Shown piece after piece: positions 15,492-23,880 of a stretch of 32,000 nucleotides of DNA. Both the position numbers and the translations under genes were made by a program. How positions within the stretch are numbered: the first letter of the stretch is position 1; each line of letters opens with the position of its first letter. The DNA comes from Pyrodictium delaneyi (GTDB lineage Archaea > Thermoproteota > Thermoprotei_A > Sulfolobales > Pyrodictiaceae), in the NCBI RefSeq assembly GCF_001412615.1, contig NZ_CP013011.1, positions 1,500,001 through 1,532,000 of the forward strand. Reading direction: 5' to 3'. The notes beneath the pieces were generated by a model that was given only the letters and a program-made list of their open reading frames with translations, had not been told where the DNA came from and made no database searches.

Positions 15492-16877
15492 GTGTACAGC
15501 TCCATGACTGTCCGCATCGCCGTTGTAGGTGGCGGAGCTGCCGGCATGGCTGCTGCTAGTAGAGCTAAGAGGCTGCTAGGCGATAAGGCAGAGGTTACGG
15601 TGTTCGAGAAAGGAAGCTGGATTAGCTTTGCTCTCTGTGGAACTCCCTATTATATCGGCTGCCGAGTCCCAACTCTTGACATGCTAGTTCACTATCCTCT
15701 TGAAGAGTTTACGCGACGCCGCGGGATAAACGTCAAGCTGAAAACCATTGTGACCGAGGTCGACCCTGGAGCACGGCAGCTCCGCTACCGCAGCCTTGCC
15801 ACAGGCGAGGAGGGAGTCTACGAGTACGACTATCTTGTCCTGGCTACTGGCGCCCGGCCCCGCGTCCCCGGCGAGTGGCTTCGCTACCGCAACGTGTATA
15901 CTCTTCACAGCCTAGGCGACGCCGACCGTTTACGTGCCACGGTAGTTAGAAACGACGTAAAGCGCGTCGTAGTCATAGGCGGTGGTTATACCGGGGTTGA
16001 GGCTGCTGAAAACCTTGCCCGGCTCGGCCGTAGAGTAATCCTGATTCATAGCGGCGAATGGCTCCTCAACAAGATGCTAGACCACGATATGGCTGGGGAG
16101 CTCATGGAGAGGGCGCAGAATGCAGGCATAGAGCTAGTCCTGGGCCACCGTGTTACCGACATAGAAGGTGCTGGCGATATAGCTGCAAGCGTCTTACTCG
16201 ACAACGGCGAGCGCATAGATGGCGACGTGTTCCTAGCCGCGAGCGGCATTGAGCCAAACACTACATTAGCCGAGCAGATGGGTCTAAAGATAGGCGAGAC
16301 GGGGGCAGTCTGGACTAACGAGAGGATGGAGACAAGTATCAAGGATGTCTACGCTGTAGGCGACGTGGCTGAAACACGTGATCTCGTGACAGGCGGGCGG
16401 GTCTGGTGGCCATTTGCAACTGCAGCCAACAAGATGGGCTTCGTAGCTGGGACTAACATAGCAGGCGGTGATGCAGTATTCCCCGGCGTAGTCCGTACAA
16501 GCGCTATGGGTGCTTTCGGGCTTTACGTTGCAGCCACCGGCCTCAACGAGGAAGAGGCACGTCGACACGGTTTCGATGCAGTGGCTGTGAAGGTTAAGGC
16601 TCCTACTAAGGCCCGCTACATGGGCGAGCCAGGCGAGATACTGCTCAAAGTTGTAGCTGATGCCGAGACAGGGAAACTATTGGGCGCACAAGCTGTGTCT
16701 AGTGACCCTAGCAGCTTCTGGAGAGTAAACGTTATCGCATCACTAATATGGCGAGGTGCAACTGTCTGGGACCTCTTTAGCGTTGATGTAGGCTACTGGC
16801 CAGGTCTCAATCCCGTATGGGATCCGCTAACCATAGCTGCTAGGCTATTCTTCCGGAAACTCGGCACAAAACCTTGA
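15492..16877 (+). CDS. FAD-dependent pyridine nucleotide-disulfide oxidoreductase, CoA-disulfide reductase / NADH oxidase / NSR family
   Basis: FAD fold VVGGGAAGMAAA. Single redox Cys motif SFALCGTPYYI (the SFxxCGxPYY type seen in CoADR/Nox). NAD(P) fold VVVIGGGYTGVEAAE. GD motif YAVGDVAE. The likely true start is the ATG at 15504. Confidence 0.8.
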   Translation: MYSSMTVRIAVVGGGAAGMAAASRAKRLLGDKAEVTVFEKGSWISFALCGTPYYIGCRVPTLDMLVHYPLEEFTRRRGINVKLKTIVTEVDPGARQLRYRSLATGEEGVYEYDYLVLATGARPRVPGEWLRYRNVYTLHSLGDADRLRATVVRNDVKRVVVIGGGYTGVEAAENLARLGRRVILIHSGEWLLNKMLDHDMAGELMERAQNAGIELVLGHRVTDIEGAGDIAASVLLDNGERIDGDVFLAASGIEPNTTLAEQMGLKIGETGAVWTNERMETSIKDVYAVGDVAETRDLVTGGRVWWPFATAANKMGFVAGTNIAGGDAVFPGVVRTSAMGAFGLYVAATGLNEEEARRHGFDAVAVKVKAPTKARYMGEPGEILLKVVADAETGKLLGAQAVSSDPSSFWRVNVIASLIWRGATVWDLFSVDVGYWPGLNPVWDPLTIAARLFFRKLGTKP

Positions 16878-17107
16878 CAGCCAGGATTAGCACTACCCCC
16901 CCCTTTATTACTCCTTGAATACCTAATAACATAACACCACATTGACTTGGCAAGTATCCGCTATAGATACACTAGAGACCCTTCATGATCGCGAGAGTAT
17001 ATATCATAGAACACTCTCAGAAGTTGTTCTACAGTAATCAATAATACCGATTGTAACTAAGCACCATTACATATGAACATTGACGCCAGGAGCACCGAGG
17101 GGATGCT

Positions 17108-17866
17108 ATGGCTGCAGCAGACATCTGCAAGCTAGCAGAGCGGGGCCGCATCACATACTGCGAGAATCTAAGTTGGCGCGCACCAATCTACCGGGATCGT
17201 CTAGAGGCTGGCAAAGTGCTAGCCAGCATCCTTCCCATGCTGGATCTAAACATAAACGAGACAGTTGTATATGCCATTGCTACAGGAGGCATACCAGTAG
17301 CCGCTACAGTTGCACGTAGCCTAGGTCTCCCCCTTGATATAATCGTTGTCAAGAAGATCACATTTCCGTGGACTACAGAAGCAGGGTTCGGCGCTGTAGC
17401 TCCCAACAATACATACGCCTATGATGCAAAGATAGCCCACGTATACCTAGGCTATACAAAGGAGGAAGTAAAGGAGCTTGTAAAGACTACACACCATTAC
17501 GTGGTAGAGAGAACTTTACAACTTCGTGGAAGCCTTACTTACCCGAGACTTGATGACAAGACAGTGGTATTGATAGACGATGGAATAGCCACAGGCTATA
17601 CTATGATAGCAGGACTACGCTTTCTAAGACAACATGGTGCCAGAACGCTAATAGCTGCCGCGCCAACAGCTAGCATAGATGGTGTTGACCGCGTAGCAGG
17701 AGATGCTGAAAAGATTATTGTACCAAACCTGCGTAGCGATCCTAACTATTCAGTTGCCGACGCATACATAGAGTGGCACGATGTAAGCGACGAAGAGGCT
17801 ATCAAGTACCTCCAGTGGGGCCGCGGAGAACTCTCAGATTCCGGGAAAAACTCTATTCTAGCTTAG
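17108..17866 (+). CDS. Predicted phosphoribosyltransferase (COG1926-like)
   Basis: PRPP-binding loop VVLIDDGIATGYTM. N-terminal YRDRLEAGKVLASIL resembles the F.DR.eAG..LA signature of this family. Confidence 0.7.
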   Translation: MAAADICKLAERGRITYCENLSWRAPIYRDRLEAGKVLASILPMLDLNINETVVYAIATGGIPVAATVARSLGLPLDIIVVKKITFPWTTEAGFGAVAPNNTYAYDAKIAHVYLGYTKEEVKELVKTTHHYVVERTLQLRGSLTYPRLDDKTVVLIDDGIATGYTMIAGLRFLRQHGARTLIAAAPTASIDGVDRVAGDAEKIIVPNLRSDPNYSVADAYIEWHDVSDEEAIKYLQWGRGELSDSGKNSILA

Positions 17867-18740
17867 ATGATGCTAGCTTGGTGAGCAACGGCTTAGACAA
17901 CGCTGTAGCCAAGGCAAAGAACGAAAACCCGACTACTCCAGTCATAAGTCCAATCTTCTCTAGCATCATTGCTACAGCGAGTGAGGCCAGTGATAGTACA
18001 AGAGAGGCTATTTTAATCATTAGACTCGGTGCTTCGAGTATTTCTTCTACCCTCTTTATCCTGGCCAGTATGAGGCCTGCAGCTATCAAACCCGCATCTA
18101 TTCCCGTTAACCGGGCTGCAGCTCGATAAGTGGGACTAGCTACGAGGGCTGCAACTGCTAGCGGGAGCCCTACTACGCCTAACAGTAGCGGTACCCAGGC
18201 TATATCTCTCTTGACTAGTAGCTTGTACGCTGCTATTGACATCACCGTGCCGATTACTATGCCTCCTACTACGTCGCGAGGATAATGGACATGGAGAACT
18301 AGTCTCGATAGAGATACCGCCGCCGTATGTACTACACCTACAACAGCTAGCAACACACTGCGTGTATATAGAGCTACCATAGCCCAGAAAGCTGCACTAA
18401 GTGCTGCATGACCACTGGGAAATGCCGGGCCCGAGGCTTCCACTAGCCACGTTTCCATTGGGGGCCTAGGTAATCCAACGAACACTTTGAGAGCAACTAC
18501 TATACTAGAGACAAGTGCTAGGCCCGATACCAGTCTGACACCTAGCACACCACTGAGAAGCGCGTAGATGAGAATACCAACAAGCATGTAGATGGCCTCG
18601 TCGCCTAGGTATGTCACAGCTCTGCAGTAGTCTATGCTGCCAGATATACAAGTGATAAGCTCGAGTGAAGCACCCACCAAAAGGGCGAACTCTAGTAATC
18701 TGTGTTTGTCCATCAGCTTGTGCCCCTCCCTGTTTTCCAC
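17853..18740 (-). CDS. PAP2-family membrane phosphatase (polyprenyl-diphosphate phosphatase-like) with extra C-terminal TM helices
   Basis: Three PAP2 motifs: KVFVGLPRPP, FPSGHAA and SRLVLHVHYPRDVVGG. The likely true start is the ATG at 18713, which shares one nt with the upstream TGA (TGATG). The 3' end overlaps the convergent PRTase gene by 14 nt. Confidence 0.8.
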   Translation of the reverse strand: MENREGHKLMDKHRLLEFALLVGASLELITCISGSIDYCRAVTYLGDEAIYMLVGILIYALLSGVLGVRLVSGLALVSSIVVALKVFVGLPRPPMETWLVEASGPAFPSGHAALSAAFWAMVALYTRSVLLAVVGVVHTAAVSLSRLVLHVHYPRDVVGGIVIGTVMSIAAYKLLVKRDIAWVPLLLGVVGLPLAVAALVASPTYRAAARLTGIDAGLIAAGLILARIKRVEEILEAPSLMIKIASLVLSLASLAVAMMLEKIGLMTGVVGFSFFALATALSKPLLTKLASSKLE

Positions 18741-19729
18741 AACTTTTCGAGGCTCCTTGCTATTATCTCGAGCTGTATGTCGCTGGTTCCCTCAGCCGGC
18801 TCTAGTGCGTAGAGGTGGAGCAGAAGGTCAGTGAGACCCATACCTCTGCGTACTGCGTGACCGCCGAAAGTACGGAGAGCTGCGTCAGCCGCCGCTAGCC
18901 CCATTTCAACTGCGACATACTTGGCTGCACTTGTAAGCCCCCAGTCGACTCCACTACCGCTTTCGAGTACATCAGCTGCCTTTTCCACGAGTGCTTTTGC
19001 AGCCTCAAGTCCTGCGTAAGCTCGAGCAAGTCTGTGGCTTACAGCCTGGAACCTGTAGACGTCTCTCTCAAGTGCCCAGTCTAGGGCCTTTTCAAGCACC
19101 GTATTAGCAAGGCTTACAGCAAGTGCTGCAACGAGGACTCTGCTTTCAGCTAGAGACCGGAGTACTACACGATAAGGCTCCCGGCCTGGGCCAGCTATGA
19201 GCCGTGCTTCCACATTCTCTAGCCGGAGCCTTGCTATTCCACTACAGCTATAGGCCTCTAGATCCAGAGGTTCGGCGTGAAGCCCAGCCGCATTCGGCTC
19301 AACAAGGGCTAAGACGTGGCCGCCGTTGCCCTGAGCGAAAACGAGTATCGCTGAAGCATAGAGAGCATTCGTCGCGAAGACCTTCTCTCCAGTTATACTT
19401 ACCCTCCCATCATCCAGTATCTCGGCACGGGTCTCAACGCCCGCTAGATCCGAGCCTCCGCGAGGCTCAGTGAGTGCCGGGGATAGCAACCCCTCGGGGA
19501 CCTGAACACCGAGACCTTCTAGGATGCGGCGTGCTACACAATGGCTTACCAGGCTCATACCCGTGCATGGATCTATACGCGTCTCCATAACTCTACGGGC
19601 TAGCATGCCTAGGTTGCTACAGTCTCCTGCTAGCTCGAGAACACGTGTTACGAGATTATGCTGGCTAGTGCTCAAGACGCCGAGGCACCGGGGGTCTAAC
19701 ATCTCCATAGCGGGAGGCTTTAACTTCAC
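18713..19729 (-). CDS. Acyl-CoA dehydrogenase family protein (short N-terminal domain)
   Basis: ALTEPRGGSDLAGVETRAE..DG..ITGEKVFATN matches the ACAD middle domain. FQAVSHRLARAYAGLEAAKAL and TFGGHAV...EPAEGTSDIQLEIIARSL match the C-terminal domain, including the catalytic-Glu region. At 338 aa it is shorter than the usual ~380. It has a GTG start. Confidence 0.7.
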   Translation of the reverse strand: MKLKPPAMEMLDPRCLGVLSTSQHNLVTRVLELAGDCSNLGMLARRVMETRIDPCTGMSLVSHCVARRILEGLGVQVPEGLLSPALTEPRGGSDLAGVETRAEILDDGRVSITGEKVFATNALYASAILVFAQGNGGHVLALVEPNAAGLHAEPLDLEAYSCSGIARLRLENVEARLIAGPGREPYRVVLRSLAESRVLVAALAVSLANTVLEKALDWALERDVYRFQAVSHRLARAYAGLEAAKALVEKAADVLESGSGVDWGLTSAAKYVAVEMGLAAADAALRTFGGHAVRRGMGLTDLLLHLYALEPAEGTSDIQLEIIARSLEKLWKTGRGTS

Positions 19730-19886
19730 GGCTTACCTTTACTTGTTCATCTCGTTCTCCCTTTGGTACTGTTACATTGCCTCCTAAGGGCTTGATATGT
19801 ACAATCCATGTCACGCAGTCTACAGACTACCTGGGTCCATTACATCCGCTACATTGTAGCACGTGCTCAACAATGCATCTCGTAAT

Positions 19887-20285
19887 TCAGCGTTTTTCTG
19901 CTGCAAGTGGATCACCTATTAGGCTGGAACGGTTTGCTGTAGCCGGCGGCACGATGTTACTCGTTTTGTAGGCGTGTCGTGGACAGATGTCTACGCAGTG
20001 GTAACAGAACATACAGAGATCGTAATGCACTACCGGATATCGACGTGGCCTCTTAGCATTTTCCTGGCCTGGTAGTAGCTTCATCTCTATCGCTCCCGGC
20101 GGGCACTCTATAGCGCATAGACTACAGCCTATACACTTCTCCACATCAACCACGTGGAGGCCGCGATACCCACCACTAGGAGTTGGGCCGGTTTTTAGGC
20201 CGTATTCTATTGTGGCAGGCCGCCTAGCCAAGTTTGATACGAGTTCACTTAGCATGATAAGTATACGCGGCTTCACAACTTCCAC
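19887..20285 (-). CDS. nuoI: 2x[4Fe-4S] ferredoxin subunit of the membrane-bound hydrogenase/complex-I-like enzyme (NuoI/MbhN-like)
   Basis: CIGCSLCAIECPPGAI and CMFCYHCVDICPRHA, separated by a spacer as in NuoI. It is the last gene of the operon. It has a GTG start. Confidence 0.85.
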   Translation of the reverse strand: MEVVKPRILIMLSELVSNLARRPATIEYGLKTGPTPSGGYRGLHVVDVEKCIGCSLCAIECPPGAIEMKLLPGQENAKRPRRYPVVHYDLCMFCYHCVDICPRHAYKTSNIVPPATANRSSLIGDPLAAEKR

Positions 20286-20290
20286 CCCTT

Positions 20291-21469
20291 CTATTGATCT
20301 GCCCGCCGACGAGCTAGTTGACGTAAGTTCTCTAGACGTTCGCGCCCAGTACGTTCATCAACTACTATAACGCGCTCCATGCATGATATGCAGGGATCAA
20401 GACTTGCTAGTATGACCGGTATATCCGCCAATGTGGCACCTTGGTAGGCTACGAGACTGTTCAGTATGTTGGGGATACTCGGCGTCCTTATCTTTACTCT
20501 ATAAGGCTTAGTGCCGCCCCGACTAACAACATGGTATAGGAGTTCACCACGTGGAGCCTCAACTCGTGATATTGCCTCACCCTCACGGAACCGGCGAGGC
20601 GGAGTCTTCAGACTGTTAATTGGACCGCTTGGCAGTTTTTCTAGCACTTGACGTATAATGTTTATAGACTCTAACGCCTCCTCGAACCGGACCAGCATAC
20701 GGGCGAGTGCATCGCCCTCACTACGTCTAATTACTTGGAAGTCTAGCTCCCCGTACCAAGCATAAGGATCATCGCGTCTGACATCGATATCTACGCCGGA
20801 GCCACGAGCTGTTGGCCCGACAAGTCCATGACTTACGGCCACACTGTACGGTATTACCCCTATGCCTTCAAGCCTACGGCGGAGCAACCTATCGCTTGTA
20901 TAGACTTCCATATAGTATTTTATCCGCTGTTCGAGAATATCCATGCTACGTCTTATCTTCTCTGCTACTTCAGGACTTAGGTCTCGACGAACGCCTCCTG
21001 GCCATACATAATCGGCTATGACTCGGTTTCCTGTGAGCAGCTCCTTTAGGTGCATTACCTTCTCGCGATCCCTCATTATCAGCATGAAGAGGCTCTCAAA
21101 TCCAGCTATCTCTGCAACCACGGCTGCTAGGAGCATGTGACTATGAAGCCTCTCGAGCTCCATTGCTAGGACTCGGAGAGCTTGAGCGCGAGGCGGCGGC
21201 TCGATACCATTTATCTCTTCGATGGCCTGGACATAGCAGTTAGAATGCATCATGTTGCATATACCGCAGACACGTGTCACTATATAGAGGGTTTTTAGGA
21301 ACGTATTGCTCTCAGCGAGCTTCTCTATCCCACGATGGTTATAGCCCGTAACTACCTCTACCCCGACTACGTCTTCACCGTCAACGCGTACACGGAGCAT
21401 AATGGGTTCGTGTAGTGCAGGATGCTGAGGCCCAATAGACACTTCTATTACCGGCATCCCCGTTATCAC
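20291..21469 (-). CDS. nuoD: Group-4 [NiFe]-hydrogenase large subunit (NuoD/MbhL/EchE-like) with an intact Ni-Fe ligand set
   Basis: L1 motif RVCGICNMMH (Cys68 at 21268-21266, Cys71 at 21259-21257). L2 motif DPCISCMER (Cys360 at 20392-20390, Cys363 at 20383-20381). A 26-aa tail VIVVDERTG... follows it. Also GPQHPALHEP and EAPRGEL blocks. GTGA overlap with the upstream gene. Confidence 0.9.
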   Translation of the reverse strand: MITGMPVIEVSIGPQHPALHEPIMLRVRVDGEDVVGVEVVTGYNHRGIEKLAESNTFLKTLYIVTRVCGICNMMHSNCYVQAIEEINGIEPPPRAQALRVLAMELERLHSHMLLAAVVAEIAGFESLFMLIMRDREKVMHLKELLTGNRVIADYVWPGGVRRDLSPEVAEKIRRSMDILEQRIKYYMEVYTSDRLLRRRLEGIGVIPYSVAVSHGLVGPTARGSGVDIDVRRDDPYAWYGELDFQVIRRSEGDALARMLVRFEEALESINIIRQVLEKLPSGPINSLKTPPRRFREGEAISRVEAPRGELLYHVVSRGGTKPYRVKIRTPSIPNILNSLVAYQGATLADIPVILASLDPCISCMERVIVVDERTGRERLENLRQLARRRADQ

Positions 21470-21906
21470 CTCTTATTCCAGTCCTTGCGTAACGGATATT
21501 CTCCAGCTACATCTGGCGGTGTGAAGAACCCTAAGCGGAGACTCTCATTACCCTCAAAGACTACGCCAAAGAGGTCGTAGACCTCTTGTTCATAGGGCAC
21601 TGCAGCGGGGAGTAACAGTGCCAAGCTTGGTGCTCTTGGCTGGCTTCGCGGTACCCGCGTCTTTAGCGTGAGTAGGCTCTTCTCCGGGATAATCCAGAAC
21701 ACATAGTCTAGCTCTATACTGTCCTCTTCAGGGAGATCTATGGCAGTTATCGCTGAGAGGTAAACTCCACGAGGGTAGGCCTCTAGCAAGCTTTTAACTA
21801 CTCCTGGCAGTTTCCAGGGATCATCAATACGTACTTCTAGACGTCGTTGCTTCTTTTCCACAATCTCTACTTTACTGTTCTTCAGCCACAGTTTTAGCTG
21901 CTTCAA
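21466..21906 (-). CDS. nuoC: NuoC/MbhK-like 30-kDa-type subunit
   Basis: 146 aa. YEQEVYDLFGVVFEGN and a R(K)DW-type C-terminus (YPLRKDW) are typical of NuoC/HycE-N/MbhK. It sits between the small and large subunits. Confidence 0.8.
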   Translation of the reverse strand: MKQLKLWLKNSKVEIVEKKQRRLEVRIDDPWKLPGVVKSLLEAYPRGVYLSAITAIDLPEEDSIELDYVFWIIPEKSLLTLKTRVPRSQPRAPSLALLLPAAVPYEQEVYDLFGVVFEGNESLRLGFFTPPDVAGEYPLRKDWNKR

Positions 21907-22405
21907 TTCTGTCAGCCTCCTCTCGGATACTCTTAAGGAGCCTAACTATGGCCTGGAGTATCGCGTCAGGACGCGGCGGGCATCCGGGAATATAGAGATC
22001 CACCGGCACGACGTTGTCGGCTCCACCAACTACACTGTAGCTATTGCGGAACACATTGCCAGAGATAGCACATGTACCAACTGCAACCACGTGTTTTGGG
22101 TCAGGTGTCTGTTCGTAGAGACGACGAAGTCTCTCAGCAGACTTCTTGGTTAGTGCACCCGTCACAATGATTATGTCGGCATGCCGAGGGTTCGGGGCCA
22201 GTCTTATACCGAAGCGTTCTGGATCGTAGAGGGGTGTTAGGGCCGCAAGAACCTCTATGTCACAGCCGTTGCATGCGCCGGTGTTAAAGTGGAGTAACCA
22301 GGGTGAACGTGAGAGCATTCTTAAGGTGAAAGAACTCCCACGATGCTTCACATTTTGCAAGGGGATATACGCCTCCGCCAAATAGAGTATATAGCTACGA
22401 AACAT
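21872..22405 (-). CDS. nuoB: Group-4 hydrogenase small subunit (NuoB/MbhJ-like), [4Fe-4S] N2-type cluster
   Basis: FNTGACNGCDIE (hydrogenase-type CxxC rather than the complex-I CC), GTCAISG and IPGCPPRP. The start is either 22405 (a TATA-like box lies ~32 nt upstream) or the internal ATG at 22318 (MLSRSPWLLHFNTG). Confidence 0.85.
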   Translation of the reverse strand: MFRSYILYLAEAYIPLQNVKHRGSSFTLRMLSRSPWLLHFNTGACNGCDIEVLAALTPLYDPERFGIRLAPNPRHADIIIVTGALTKKSAERLRRLYEQTPDPKHVVAVGTCAISGNVFRNSYSVVGGADNVVPVDLYIPGCPPRPDAILQAIVRLLKSIREEADRIEAAKTVAEEQ

Positions 22406-22436
22406 AGTTGATTAGGGTTACCCCGTAGAAGCCGGG

Positions 22437-22444
22437 ATAAAGAA
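22437..22444 (-). promoter_or_regulatory. TATA-like element (TTCTTTAT on the minus strand) in the 74-nt gap between the membrane-arm genes and the B-C-D-I module
   Basis: This is the only sizeable gap inside the 11-gene cluster. The T/A element sits about 32 nt upstream of the ATG at 22405, which fits a short-leader internal promoter. Confidence 0.25.
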
Positions 22445-22479
22445 CCCGCTGCCACAGCATACACGATTACACACCCCCG

Positions 22480-23880
22480 CTAGCGGATTAGACTGACTAT
22501 ACTGTCCACGATGGGGCCCGGCAATACACCTAGAGCTATTGCGGCCGCTGCTAGGATGAGGAGTGGTACAAGAAGCCTAGACGGAGCCTCAGAAGGCAGT
22601 GTACGAGGAACCGTTACCGACGGATGCCAGAATACTCGTAGCCAGAACCTAAGCGCATAGGCTGCAGAGGATAATACAGCAAGTGCTAGCGCAGCGACTG
22701 CTGCTATGCCGTAGACCCGCCCTACCCCTAGGACTATGAGTAGCTCACCTGGGAACATTGCAAAGGGCGGTGCCCCGGCCAGACTCATGGCTGCTACGAA
22801 GGCTGCGAAGGCTGTGACGGGCATGCTGCGGGCGAAAACTCCCATGCTGCGTATGTCGTCGCTTCCGCTCTGCTTCTCGAGCACTCCTGCTACGAGGAAG
22901 AAGAGGGGCTTTACGATGCCGTGTGCCAGGGCTGCTAGTACTCCACCAGCGGCCGCCAGGGGATGGCCAGCGGCAAGCCCGGCGTAGATTATGCCGGAGT
23001 GCCCAATGCTGCTGTAGGAGGCTATGAAGCCTAACCGGTTAGCTGAGAGGGCTCGGAGGGCTCCCACTATTGCCGAGGTTATGCCCAGCCACATCGCGGC
23101 CTCTAGCATGGCTGTGGTTTGGTGGGGCCAGTGGAATCCTGTCGTGAACCTGTACATTCCGTAGGCGCCGATGCTTGTGACCACGCCTGCGAGTAAGCCT
23201 GCCGCGAATGGGGGCACTGAGGTGTAGGTACGTGGGAGCCATGTGTGGAATGGGAAGACACCGAGTTTTATTGCAAAAGCTATAAGTGCCAATGGTAGCG
23301 CTATTGTTGATAGGCTAGCATCCACGACATTGCCTCCGAAGACCGGGGCATTGGCTGCTAGTAGGGCGCCTACCGCTACGAGAAGTAGCAGGGAGCCTGC
23401 ATGCATGTATATGAAGAATTCTGGGGCTCTTCTAGGGCTCCAGAGCCAAACTAGCACCGTGGACACTATGAGTACTAGTTCCCAGAACACATAGAAGAGC
23501 GGCAAGCTATAGGCGTAGACGAGCCCAATAACCGAAGCATGTATAGCAGTTACAACTATCTCAAAGACTGCCTCCCCTCCTCTACATGTTACGCCAGCTC
23601 TGCCTGCATATACTATGACTGTTATCGCTACTAGGGCAGAGAGGGCTGCGAAGAGCTTCGAGACAGTGTCTAGCCCCATACACACTGGAGCGTTGACGAC
23701 AGCTAACCATGAACGACATACAGCGTCGCCGTTGGCAAGCAGCGTAATAATAGCGGACACTGTTATCGAGATTATTGAGGCTGCCCTCCTACCAGCTAGG
23801 ACTGCTGCAGCACCTAATCCAAGCACTATTAGCGACGTCGCATACGCTACTGGTACGCCGAGCACGTTAGCCACCTCCAA
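22480..23880 (-). CDS. nuoN: Antiporter-like subunit (NuoN/NuoM/MrpD family)
   Basis: 466 aa, about 14 TM helices. FAIKLGVFPFHTWLPRTY matches the K..g..P.H.WLPdA signature. It overlaps the upstream gene by 14 nt. Confidence 0.8.
   Translation of the reverse strand: MEVANVLGVPVAYATSLIVLGLGAAAVLAGRRAASIISITVSAIITLLANGDAVCRSWLAVVNAPVCMGLDTVSKLFAALSALVAITVIVYAGRAGVTCRGGEAVFEIVVTAIHASVIGLVYAYSLPLFYVFWELVLIVSTVLVWLWSPRRAPEFFIYMHAGSLLLLVAVGALLAANAPVFGGNVVDASLSTIALPLALIAFAIKLGVFPFHTWLPRTYTSVPPFAAGLLAGVVTSIGAYGMYRFTTGFHWPHQTTAMLEAAMWLGITSAIVGALRALSANRLGFIASYSSIGHSGIIYAGLAAGHPLAAAGGVLAALAHGIVKPLFFLVAGVLEKQSGSDDIRSMGVFARSMPVTAFAAFVAAMSLAGAPPFAMFPGELLIVLGVGRVYGIAAVAALALAVLSSAAYALRFWLRVFWHPSVTVPRTLPSEAPSRLLVPLLILAAAAIALGVLPGPIVDSIVSLIR

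Noticed and set aside
16878-17107. 230-nt intergenic region with a GAGAGT...ACTCTC 6-bp inverted repeat (about 16993-17020).
   Set aside because: The stem is short and the loop is long (16 nt) and AT-rich. This is not distinguishable from chance, and no RNA gene features are present.
17773-18129. 118-aa plus-strand ORF overlapping the 3' ends of the PRTase and PAP2 genes.
   Set aside because: It is antisense to the PAP2 gene, which has all three PAP2 motifs. The sequence is low complexity and Ser/Ala/Ile-rich, and the ORF starts out of frame inside the PRTase gene.
20291-21469. Reading the cluster as an ordinary quinone-reducing 11-subunit archaeal complex I.
   Set aside because: In complex I the NuoD homologue has lost the L1/L2 cysteines, and NuoB carries a CC motif. 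Here both Cys pairs and the CNGC motif are present, which fits a Ni-Fe site.
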